From NCBI GenBank assembly GCA_951406725.2, contig OX597817.1:148242001-148306000 (forward strand): a DNA stretch of 64,000 nucleotides. Direction: 5' to 3'. How positions within the stretch are numbered: the first letter of the stretch is position 1; every line of letters starts with the position of its first letter. This document shows, piece by piece, positions 1 to 10,780 of the stretch. Source of the DNA: Octopus vulgaris (taxonomy: Eukaryota). The position numbers were made by a program, and so were the translations under genes. The notes under the pieces are model-generated. The model had not been told where the DNA came from and searched no databases. It saw only the letters and a program-made list of their open reading frames with translations.

Positions 1-129
1 TTGTTCTTATAGGTATATCTTTTAATCTTCTAATCTTTTAATCTGCATTACTACTCAGAATAAAATAAACCGAGAATTTTAAACATTTTATATTCTCCAT
101 TTTCTTTTATTGACTTTCTAATTTTGCGA

Positions 130-203
130 GATAAATTAAGTAACAGTTGTGTACCGGGGTCGATCTAATCGACTGGCCCCCTCCCGCCAAAATTTCGGGC
201 CTA
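130..203 (+). mobile_element. SINE fragment (3' part of family B, variant tail)
   Basis: GATAAATTAAGTA.CAG...GGGGTCGATCTAATCGACT...AAATTTCGGGCCT matches the 3' half of the SINE copies at 32097 and 48800-48960. Confidence 0.65.
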
Positions 204-204
204 T

Positions 205-1340
205 GTTTTGGTGAATTAGCTGATCGACCTTGCACCAGTATCCAATACGACTAGCGGATCCCCAGTACCTTCGATAGAAACATTCCTAGCACATTTGACA
301 GAAACATCCCCAGTAAGCTCCTAGCTGGTGGTCCCATGTCTGGCAAGCAAATCTAGCAAAACATTTCATTCACGGGCTCCATCTCTCTCTTATCTTTTGG
401 GTTGGTGCTTATCTCTTGGATTGGTCCCATTGCAGCATATATTGACGAACATCTTCGTTCCCAGCTGTCAAAAACCCAGATATCCGCTAGGATTCAGTTT
501 GTCCCTCACTGTTATCCAACCATGTCCTCTCTTATGCAGATGACACGACCCTTCAATCCACTCTAACACTCTTTCACCATGTACGAACCACATACAAGCT
601 AGTAATTACGTCCAAATCTTCATTGATTCCATAAATACAGACTTTCCTTTTAAAGAATGTTCTGTTTATGCAATCGTACCATTTAGGGCACCCTCCACTG
701 GGTCCCTTTTAACAGCAAAGTAAAAGTCAAGCCTCAGGTACTGTTCACACCAAAAAAGCTTCCTCGCACCACGCCTTTTCTAAACATGAATATTGAAACA
801 CGTTCAGGCATAGCAAGGCGCCGAGATGACAATGTCATTACTACGCCGGATAAAATGCTGAAACGTATCCCGTTCGTCTCTACGTCCTGAGTTAAAATTC
901 CGCTGCGGTTGATAAAATAAGAACCAGCTGAGCACTGGGGTCCATGTAATTGATTTAACCCCAATCCGGAAATCGCTGGCAAAATCTTATATAGACCTCC
1001 AACGGTCATATTGACCCTGATTAAAAACCACATCTCTAGACCATAGCCTTGCTATGTTTTCTCTTTAGATTTCCTGGCTCAGTTACAATGATCTCGGCCC
1101 CTCTGTGTGGGCTGATGTTGTGTTCACACCACCACGAATCATCGAACGATACGTTTCTTCAAATCTCATCACTCATTTTGCCTTGAACACATTTTATGCA
1201 CTAACCTCACTGCTCAATCCTTCTTCCCCAATTCGTCCTTCCTGTTAACATAGTTCATACGGACTTTGAGCTGCATAATTCTAAGCGCGTCAGTCGCACC
1301 AGTCTTGAAGAAGGGACTGCAAGACCCATGGGCACTGGCA
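205..1340 (-). mobile_element. Degenerate LTR-retrotransposon (Gypsy-like) gag/protease remnant
   Basis: Minus-strand reading at about 260-220 gives DPLVVLDTGA (retroviral aspartic protease motif). A CHLHKRGH knuckle-like remnant lies upstream at about 545-520. Many stops. Confidence 0.4.
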
Positions 1341-1529
1341 TTCCTACAGACTCAACAGGTAAAGAAAAGAGACGTTATGGAGTTACTAAATGTTTTGAAA
1401 TCTTCATTTCTATAAGAAAGTTTTAATATTCATGATTGGTGACAATTCCAACTTTCGACAGTGTATTTATGAAAGATGGCGGTAATTCCAGGAAAACAAA
1501 TGTTTACTATTATTGCAATTCGGATGCGA

Positions 1530-1585
1530 CAATAACAATAACAACAGCAACAACAACAACAATAATGATGATGATGATGATGATG

Positions 1586-1640
<55 letters not shown>

Positions 1641-1650
1641 TAACAATATA
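1530..1650. repeat. Compound trinucleotide microsatellite (ACA/ATG/ATA)n
   Basis: Directly visible; explains the poly-T/M/I ORFs. Confidence 0.95.
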
Positions 1651-2284
1651 ATTTTCTACGTAATGTTTTAGAATCACACCCGAAGCAGTTTTCTTGCGAT
1701 AAAACACAAGAAAAGAAAATTAAAACGAATAATACATGGTTAGCGCATATCTGTATTTCATTCCTTTTTTTTTCTTATCTAATATCGATTCATTTAGATG
1801 TTATTATATTTATATCGATTCCTTGTGGGAATCAGTAAAACCTGTGATTTTAATTAAGTTAGGCGCCTTACACAATGAAACGTTAGAAAGAAATGTAAAC
1901 GATGACAACGCATAAAAAACATTGAAAAACAACAACAAAACCTGTCCGATTACAATAAAAGACATATCCAATGTAATTAGCGTAAAAAAAAACAAAAAAA
2001 TTAGTTGTCATCTTCAGCGAGCTCTATCTACATTGATCTGTTGTCGTTTGATTCTATCTGTATTTTTACTTCATTTATTCATGTCTTCCATTCAACATTA
2101 CTTTCATCAACAATTTTGATTTTTCTCCATCTGTTAATGTGTTTTTTTTCCTTCTTAATACATTTCTTGTATTTCCATGTAAACCTCCAAGAATGTGTAT
2201 ACAGTATTCATATAAGAACAACAAACGGATGTTAATATAACATGCAAATGAACGAAACACATTACGATTTTAATATAACGGCAC

Positions 2285-2316
<32 letters not shown>

Positions 2317-2317
2317 G

Positions 2318-2349
<32 letters not shown>

Positions 2350-2429
2350 TATACAAACATATATATATTTATATATATGAATACATATATGTTAATGTTT
2401 ATTTTTATGTCAAGTTATAATAAAAACAA

Positions 2430-3500
2430 TTTAACATTAAGCTGAAGAATAACTCAATACTTTTTAGTACAAAACAAGTTCATTAAACTTTTACATGAGG
2501 AGGGGTGATAGTGAGGTCGAAGTTTCAACCTGTTAGCCTTCGTTGAAATGAAATACGGGATCCTTCTGGCTTTATATAGTCTTTGGTAAGTTCTTTTTTT
2601 TCTGGTGTAGGTGGAGCTATATGAAATGATAATTAGGCTTGGTGCATGTACGTTTTCGAATTAGAGAAATAAGAAAACAATTTGAAGATAATAACAGAGA
2701 AGTATGTTGTAGACTGTGGATCGATAGGAAGATATTGTTGGAATATTTTATTTGAATGTAATGGAGAGTTCAGTTGTTATTTTAGAGTTTAGTTAAGCGT
2801 TTGGTTTTCATATGTGTGTGTCGTATTATTTTAGGACTGGTTTCTTGTTGAACCTATATAAGTTATGGAGTTGGTGTTTTATTCGTGGTTACAGTTGTGC
2901 TATTGATATTATTTGTGATACAGTTTCAGTTTAGAGGGCAAAGTGAATACTTTTTGAAGTTACAACCACTGTTACGTGTTTGACTTTCTTTAAATCTATT
3001 TTACTCTAAGGTGGATGCAATTGACTACAATTTTTCGAAGTTATTGGTTCTAGTACACGATATTTTTATGTTGCGTTTGTTTATCAGTCTGTGATACTTA
3101 TGGTTGGACTTAAGTGGCTTTGAAGTATTTAAAAAAATATTCTGGCTATTAGAGTGGCGATTTATATTTTGAAGGAGCCGTCTATATTGCTTCAAGTGAA
3201 TGAAACCAATATTTATATTATTCTGAAAGCAACAGAGAGTTAACAACCTGGTTGGTTTTTATTGTCTAATGAAATGAGTTTAATTTACATTTTTTATGAA
3301 TCATCTTATGTGTGTATAAATATCTAGATTCGCAATTTATATTTTCATTTACTGGTATATAATACTGTTCTTTTTTATTTGATGGTGTCTCCTGCCAGAA
3401 AACAGCACTCACTTTCCTAAGGTTTAATCAAAAGCAGATTTTTCAATCATTTTTCTTTTGAATTAATGTATCTATGTAAATTAATGTATCTACAGTTACA
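2430..3500 (-). mobile_element. Degenerate Penelope-like element: end of RT, GIY-YIG endonuclease and 3' terminus next to (TA)n
   Basis: Minus-strand CPLNxNCITNNI...TVTT...YIGST resembles PLE GIY-YIG. A decayed hammerhead-like TCAACGA AGGC...GAAAC lies at about 2515-2550. Confidence 0.6.
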
Positions 3501-3871
3501 TTTCCCAATTTCGCATATCGATGACAACAGGGTGATTAAGCATGACACGATATCTGATTTAACCTAATCTGTGTTTTTTAATACATGCACTTTAAATTAA
3601 TTTTACTTTTCACTTGTTACAAGAAATACGAGTAATTAACTGGATTACGTATCTCTTCACATGGAATGTATTTTGCCTGGTTGAATAGGTACATCGTATT
3701 CACAGCATTTATTATGAATGTATTCAGTTTTATACTTACAATATTTAACCCGACGAACGTCCATTACCTGCATATAATTTCGGCCGGCTATAAATTCGTT
3801 TCACATATCTTGGTTAATACAAAATTAGAATAGCAAAAGTGTACCAGATCTTCAAATATTGGTTTCAAATT

Positions 3872-4243
3872 GTGACACAAGGCCAGAAGTCTCAGAGGAG
3901 TGGGAAGTTGATTATATCGGCCCCAGAACTGGTACTTAATTTAACGATACTGAAAGGCAAAAAGGCAAAGTCGACCTCGGCGGAATTTGAACTCAGAACA
4001 TGAATACGAAAGAAATACATATTTCTTTACTACCCACAAGGGGCTAAACACAGAGAGGACAAACAAGGACAGACAAACGGATTAAGTCGATTATATCAAC
4101 CCCAGTGTGTAACCGGTACTTATTTAATCGACCCAGAAAGAATGAAAGGCAAAGTCGACCTCGGCGGAATTTGAACTCAGAACGGGAATCTGGAAGAAAT
4201 ACCGCAAAGCATTTTGCGCGGTATGCTGTCAGCTCCCCGCCTA
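3872..4243 (-). mobile_element. tRNA-derived SINE family B, full copy plus tandem partial copy
   Basis: Reverse complement of GGCGGGGAGCTGACAG...GTTCTGAGTTCAAATTCCGCCGAGGTCGACTTTGCC; that core occurs twice. Confidence 0.85.
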
Positions 4244-4844
4244 AGATCTTCACATAGTACTAGCTAAACTCTAAACATTTTATATTTATATATGTATTCA
4301 AACTATCGTTAATTTATCTAGTGTATTAATGAGGCAATATGACAGTACAGTTACATACTCATTACTGCTGCCTAAGCTTTTGGATTTTACATTGAGCTCA
4401 GTTGTTTAAAACATTAAGGATACTGAGGAAAATAAGAATATATAACAAATTATTTTTTAAACATTTTGGATTCGTTTAGGCAAATCCAAATGTGTCATAA
4501 AATAATGGGTTCTAATATGATGCACTGATATGAATCTAATTCTCTTCATTTGTGGTGCTAGAGTGTTGGTAATTTCAAATTTAGTATCTCTGTTTCCTCG
4601 AAAATGACAGTATTATGTCTAAAGAAATGACACAAATATCACGTTTCCGGAAGAAAATTCATAACAGAAGCACAGGCGTATAATATTTTCTCCTAAAAGG
4701 ATTATCTTCTTTATCTTTGTCACTGAACGACAGCAATAAAATAACTGACTCAAATAGTAAAAACTATATTATTCTCATTAACATTTATTTCATCCCTTTA
4801 CATAAATCTATAGTAAACCGGTTTAGTGGAACAATTGCGTAGTA

Positions 4845-5410
4845 TTGGGTTATCCGGAAAGTTCGTGCCGACTTATTGTAGCTTACCTTTCGACTTATTT
4901 TAGAACACGATTAAGTCCATAAAATAGGATTTGACTACACCTCCATTTAGAGCACAGTTTAGGTTATCTTTCCATGGAAGAAGGTTTATGTTCCTATAAC
5001 GTGTATTCATTCTGTAAACCTGTAAAATGGAAGATAAGAAAGTTCATTTTCGGCACTTGATGCTTTAGGAACCAGACAAAATTTGCTGCAGCTCGGCTGC
5101 GATGTGTTACCCCACCCTCCATATTCATTAGATATTGCTCCTTTGGATTTCCACTTATTCAGGTCTCTGCAGAATAGTCTTAATTTAAAAAATTTCAATT
5201 CCTTGGATGACGTAAAACGATACTTTGATGACGTCTTTGCCATGAAACCACCTCAATTGTTGGAAGAGAGTATTTTGAAGTTAAAGGAAATATGGAGATG
5301 CATTGTGCAACAAAATGGTTCATATTTGGTTGATTAAAAATGTAACGGCATGAATTTATTCACCTTTTTCTTTCCTTTAAAAATCGGCATGAACTTTCCG
5401 GACAACCCAT
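4845..5410 (+). mobile_element. Internally deleted mariner (DD34D) element
   Basis: About 28-bp TIRs (TTGGGTTATCCGGAAAGTTCGTGCCGA / ATCGGCATGAACTTTCCGGACAACCCA) with TA flanks. Transposase N-terminus MEDKKVHFRHLML is joined to the C-terminus LPHPPYSLDIAPLDFHLFRSLQ (ORF 5083-5337). Confidence 0.92.
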
Positions 5411-5580
5411 TAGGATAGATTGCAATGTTCATTTTACATGTTATTTTCTTGTTGCCTCCGTGACAGTGGTTCTACTTTAAATATAACTGAAGGACATTTT
5501 CTCATCTACCGACTTACTGGATGCGAGGACCCGTCTTAGTGACGGGAAATTAGTCCACGTTCCGTGAATCGTTGCTAGCA

Positions 5581-5841
5581 TTCTTTTATTCTCTTTCTTG
5601 TTTCAGTCGGTTGATTGCAGCCATGATGGAGCACCGCCTTTAATCGAATAAATAAACCCCAGGACTTATTCTTTGTAAGCCTAATCCTTATTTTATCAGT
5701 CTCTTTTGCCGAATCGCTAAATTACAAGGACGTAAACACATCAACATCGGCTTTCAAGCAATAGTTGAGGACCAAACTCATACACAAAACACACACATAT
5801 ATATTTATAATACAAACATATAAACACACACACACACACAT

Positions 5842-5880
<39 letters not shown>

Positions 5881-5939
5881 TATATACATACATTTATATA
5901 CATATATATATATGTACATACATATACATATATATATAC

Positions 5940-5980
<41 letters not shown>

Positions 5981-6005
5981 TATATATATACATATATATA
6001 TATGC

Positions 6006-6078
<73 letters not shown>

Positions 6079-6109
6079 AATATATATATATATACATATA
6101 TATATATGC

Positions 6110-6144
<35 letters not shown>

Positions 6145-6181
6145 CACACACATATATATATACCCACGCACGCACACACAC

Positions 6182-6220
<39 letters not shown>

Positions 6221-6381
6221 CGGGCTTCTTTCAGTTTCCGTCTTCCATATCCACTCATAAGACTTTGGTCGGCTCGAGGCTATAGTAGAACACACTTGCC
6301 CAAGGTGCAACGCAGTGGGACTGAACCCAGAATCATATGGCTGGAAAGCAAGCCTCTTATCACTCATCCACTCTGAGCCTA
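5581..6381 (-). mobile_element. tRNA-derived SINE family A with greatly expanded internal (TA/CA)n
   Basis: 5' half (about 6220-6381) and 3' half (5581-5780) match the intact copy at 6744, separated by about 440 bp of microsatellite. Confidence 0.85.
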
Positions 6382-6743
6382 CAATTTTCACTTCACACAA
6401 GCCATTAAGCGGGTGGGAAATGTATGACCGTTATGACGACTTATTTCGTTTTGTCTATTCCATGCCCAAATAAAATGATGTATTTTGCTGTAGAAAGGTA
6501 AATTGTGAGAGCCTATAAAATAAGCAATGTAAAGCAAGCTAAAATAATTGCTAACCAACTCCCAGAAATAAGAAGAATTTCTCAAACTTAGGCGCTCTCA
6601 GAAAAGAGCAGCAGCTAATAATATCAGCTAAAACACGAGTTAAAACACTCTTATATGTGGCCGACGCTGAACAGCCGCATTCTCTGGGATTCTCCATGTT
6701 TATGAGAGCATACTTTAGACGTTATTCTCTACCTTTTGACAAA

Positions 6744-7145
6744 GGTGTAGTTATGGCTTTGTGGTAAATAGCTTGCTTACGAAGCGCATGATTCCTGGTT
6801 CAGTCCCATTACGTGGCACCTTGGGCAAATGTCTTCTACTATAGCCTCGGGCCGACCAAAAACCTTGTGAGTGGATTTCGTAGACGGAAACTGAAAGAAG
6901 CCTGTCGTATATATGTATGTGTGTTTACATGGATGTGTGTCTTTGTTCGTGTCCCCAACATCACTTGACAACCGATGCTGGTGTGTTTGCGTCCCCGTAA
7001 CATAGCGGTTCGGCAAAAGAGACCGATAGAATAAGTACTAGGCTCGCAAAGAATGAGTCCTGGGCTGGATTCGGTCGACTAAACGCTGTGCTCCAGCATG
7101 GCCACAGTCAAATGACTGAAACATGTAAAAGAGTAAAATAGTAAA
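6744..7145 (+). mobile_element. tRNA-derived SINE family A, full length
   Basis: Head TGGCTTTGTGGTAA...GGTTCAGTCCC (A/B-box-like); body GCCTCGGGCCGACCAAA...GGAAACTGAAAGAAGCC; tail CCAGCATGGCC.CAGTCAAATGACTGAAAC..GTAAAAGAG. Confidence 0.9.
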
Positions 7146-7349
7146 TACAACACTAAAGACTTAAATTTTATTTGCCACACAGTCATTCACACTTACAAGT
7201 CCTCGTCCATCCACTTTCCTCGGTGTATATAACCATATAACATTTTTCTTTCGGTGCAATACATTATTATCAATCATTTTCTTTCGAGTTAACCTATCCA
7301 ACGTATTTATCCTTTCATCGGTCCAATCCGAAATAACAACATTATATCA

Positions 7350-7539
7350 TGTTGTGTCTGGGCAGAGTGAACTTGTTTTTGTGCCTTATAATGTAACACG
7401 CTCACCGGTAAAACTTCCACGTATTACTTATTAAAAATACAAAATAAAAGAAATTAAAAAAAAGAAAGAAATGAAAATTTTACCAGTGAATGTGTTACAT
7501 TATAAAGGCCAAAATGAAAATGACTCCCCAGACACAACA
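7350..7539. mobile_element. Foldback/MITE-like element
   Basis: Imperfect about 60-bp inverted arms: TGTTGTGTCTGGG..GAGT...TATAATGTAACACGCTCACCGGTAAAA versus TTTTACCAGTGAATGTGTTACATTATA...ACTCCCCAGACACAACA, around an A-rich spacer. Confidence 0.7.
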
Positions 7540-7754
7540 GAATATGCTTCAACACATGAACTCATATAAAGAATCTTGCAAACCAAATCCAAAACCGAAA
7601 CACATTACTTCAAATAACCAGAAAATCCCGGTCTTTGATAGCAGTAATCTTCAATTTGGCTTTCAGGTCTGAACTGCTTAGAAAGACTTTTCTTTTTCTT
7701 GTATAGAACTTTGTCGAGCTCCAAAACGACCAAATATTTATATCCACTTGTCAT

Positions 7755-7882
7755 CATTATTTGTTAAGGTTATCTCTACAGATATTCTGTAGGAATTATA
7801 ACCAGCCATGATTTTTGTTACTACGTTTCGTATACGAGTCGTTCGACGTAAACAAACAGTGAGATCGAAGATCAAAAATGGA
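7755..7882. repeat. Dispersed about 125-bp repeat, second copy at about 8540-8665 (probable DNA transposon end)
   Basis: TTATTTGTTAAGGT..TCTCTACAGATAT...TTTTTGTTACTAC...GTAAACAAA...ATCGAAGAT.AAAAATGG is shared by both copies. Confidence 0.7.
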
Positions 7883-7963
7883 GAATGAGCGTATGTGCCA
7901 TATCTTTGTGCGGTTTTACCCTTTCATCAGCGCCCATCCGACCCATTAATCATCCTCAAACAC

Positions 7964-8360
7964 ATTCTTTTACTTGTTTCAGTCATTTGAATGTGGCCAT
8001 GCTGGAGCACCACATTTAGTCAAGAAAATCGACCCCAGGTCTTATTCTTTGTAAGCCTAGTATTTATTTTATCGGTCTCTTTTGCCTAACCGCTAAGTTA
8101 CAGGGACGTAAACACAGCAGCATAAGTTGTCAAGCAACGTTGGGGGGGGGGGGCAAACACAGACGCAGAAACATACACACACACACACGCACTCACACAT
8201 ATAGACATATATACGACAGGCTTCTTTCAGTTTCCATTTACGAAATCCACTCACAAGACTTTGATCGGCCCGAGGCTATAGTAGAAGACACTTGCTGAAG
8301 GTGCCACGCAGTCGTACTGAACGCGAAACTATGTGGTTGGTAAGCAAGCTACTTACCACA
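7964..8360 (-). mobile_element. SINE family A
   Basis: Reverse complement of the 6744 copy over its whole length. Confidence 0.9.
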
Positions 8361-9279
8361 ATATATATCGTTGTAACATTATTGAATATACTAATTTATA
8401 TTATTAACGCATTCCTGGAAGCTGGTATGTAAATACAAATGATCTGTATTTTTCTAAGCACCCAAATCATACTATAGAGTATATTAAACGTATTTATAAG
8501 TCAATAGCGCGTTCTATTGTGTTAGCAGTTCGCTTTTACATTATTTGTTAAGGTCCTCTCTACAGATATGCTAAAAAATTTCTGCCAGCGCTAATTTTTG
8601 TTACTACATTTTGTATACGTGGCGTCAGATGTAAACAAAAGAATGATATCGAAGATGAAAAATGGGTGATGGTCTTCATTATTTTATTTAATCTCATTAC
8701 TACATCCACGCCTACATCTCTTCAAAGTCATTGTGGCACACTTTACAATACGAGACTCAATCCCAGTGTTTTGTTGTAAAGACATTACAAAACCATTGAA
8801 TAGTTCTCACCAGTAGGTCAAGCTGCCATTCATTCTTGCCAAAGAGCTTCAAAGCATCCTTGAAAAGTAGAAGGATTTATCTTAGGTCCTTTATTTTCAG
8901 TCTGATAGCCAATATCTGTCTCCCGTAATATTATTGATAATGGAACCATGGCAATCCCAAAAAGCTACGGTGAGAAGGAATATCCTTGGAATACTCGTCC
9001 TTTTGTATTGGGCCACACCTTAATGTTTATTTCCTGTAAACAGCTTTGTCATTCGCAAACGCATACTAGATTAATTTACAGCGATAGCACAATCTGCTGT
9101 TTCAAACATTCTGAGACATTTCGGTGTCCACGAATGTGAGAACTATCTCGAGAATTTTCTTAAAGCCTATCAAAATCATTATACATATTTTGCAATTACT
9201 AATGATCGCTTTGTGAATAACAGGACACCCCTGGGTTCGTTGTGTATTTTTGCTGCGTCCCAACTGCTCGGCTTCATTC

Positions 9280-9308
9280 TCATCATCATCAGCATCCGCA
9301 TCATGATT

Positions 9309-9339
<31 letters not shown>

Positions 9340-9456
9340 CCATCGTCGTCGTCGTCGTCATCATCATCACCACCAGTAACACAATCACCACAGCACCACC
9401 ACAAACACCAACAGTACCACCATCACCATCATCATCACCATCTTCATCACTATCAC

Positions 9457-9491
<35 letters not shown>

Positions 9492-9722
9492 CCATCATCA
9501 TTATCATCATCACCATCATCATCATCACCATCATCATTATCATCATCACCATCATCATCATCATCATCATCGTCTTCATAATCATCATCACCACCATCAC
9601 CATCACCACCATCACCACCATCATCATCATCATCATCATCATTATCATCATCACAACCATGATGATGATGATCATCATCATCATGATGATGATCATCATC
9701 ATCATAGTCGTCGTCTTCATTA
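9280..9722. repeat. Long compound (CAT/CAC/CGT)n trinucleotide microsatellite
   Basis: Directly visible; source of the poly-D/S/I/M ORFs. Confidence 0.95.
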
Positions 9723-9779
9723 CCATTATTAATGCGAATATATAAATTGTCGTATAACCAGTGACTTAAATCATTCTTC

Positions 9780-10512
9780 GTTGGTTTAAATAGTCTACTA
9801 AATATAATTAGATTCCGACAATTTGGGATTTCAAGTGATGAAATTGACATCCTTTGTTAGCAATTTAAAATTGACTGAATGGCTAGTTTTAATAGGATAA
9901 CAATTTAAATATACCTCTGTGAATTACAAACCGGATCCCAGATGCATAATAACTATATGGAGTATGCATCGAAATTTTAGTAATTGCACTTCTGAATTAA
10001 CCAACTGGATAAAAGCTGTCCCACAGGTTAATATATAAGTGACTTATCTTTCAATTCTCTCTATATAAAAATGTGCATAATTATATCTAATAGATTTGTG
10101 TTAGTATGATTAAAACTTGCTGGCAATTCAAATATGAAATGTAATGACTTCCAAAGTCAGTGGGGAATGTAAGACATGATTTTTTTTTATCTGTTATTGA
10201 ATCATTTTTGTTTTCAGACGTCGAATGCGAAAAACTATTATTAAAAATCGATTTCAGAATGATCCACAAAATATGTTTAACAAGTCAGCATTCACATCAT
10301 GTAATATCATATATTATCAATAACGTAGACTTTAACATACTGGAAAATATAATACATTTAAAAAAATTACATTTTTATTTGAATATCCAGAAATGGTAAT
10401 TCTTTGCGACTGGTTTCAGTCGTGAATTTGACAGATGGGTGAAGTGTGTCCAGTATATTATTAAATATACTTAGGTCTTCATTCCATCTGTCCCAGAAGA
10501 TGAAACAATCAT
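9780..10512 (-). mobile_element. Penelope-like RT fragment with decayed GIY-YIG
   Basis: DDCFIFWDRWNEDLSIFNNILDTLHPSVKFTTETSRKELPFLDIQIK in ORF 10367-10624 is typical PLE RT sequence just after the catalytic DD. It is 5'-truncated at a (CA)/(CATA) tract. Confidence 0.85.
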
Positions 10513-10589
10513 CACACACACACACACACATACATACATACATACATACATAAATACATACATACATACCCCCCATAAATATATATATG

Positions 10590-10621
<32 letters not shown>

Positions 10622-10629
10622 CACATATA

Positions 10630-10780
10630 TATGACAAGCTTCGTTTAGTTTTTGTCTGCTAATCCACTCATAAGACGTTTGTCGGAACTAGGCTTTAGAA
10701 ATCATTTGTCCAAGGTTCTCCTCAGTGGGACTAAATCGAAATGCGTGTAATTTGGAAGCAAGTTTCTTACCACACGGCCT
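10630..10780 (-). mobile_element. SINE family A, diverged 5' half
   Basis: AATCCACTCATAAG...GTCGG...CCAAGGT...CAGTGGGACT...CTTACCACAC. Confidence 0.7.

Noticed and set aside
5722-6400. Long YI/CV/HT-repeat ORFs here and throughout the window
   Set aside because: (TA)n, (CA)n, (CATA)n and (GATA)n tracts lack stop codons; not proteins.
7815-7855. CUGACGA...GAAACGUA hammerhead suggested by merging the 7.8 kb and 8.6 kb repeat copies
   Set aside because: Neither copy has the full core and stem II cannot form; more likely a DNA transposon subterminal sequence.
9102-9850. 223-aa Asp/His-rich ORF and overlapping ORFs
   Set aside because: Translation of a (CAT/GAT)n microsatellite that is open in several frames on both strands; no splice or codon evidence for a gene.
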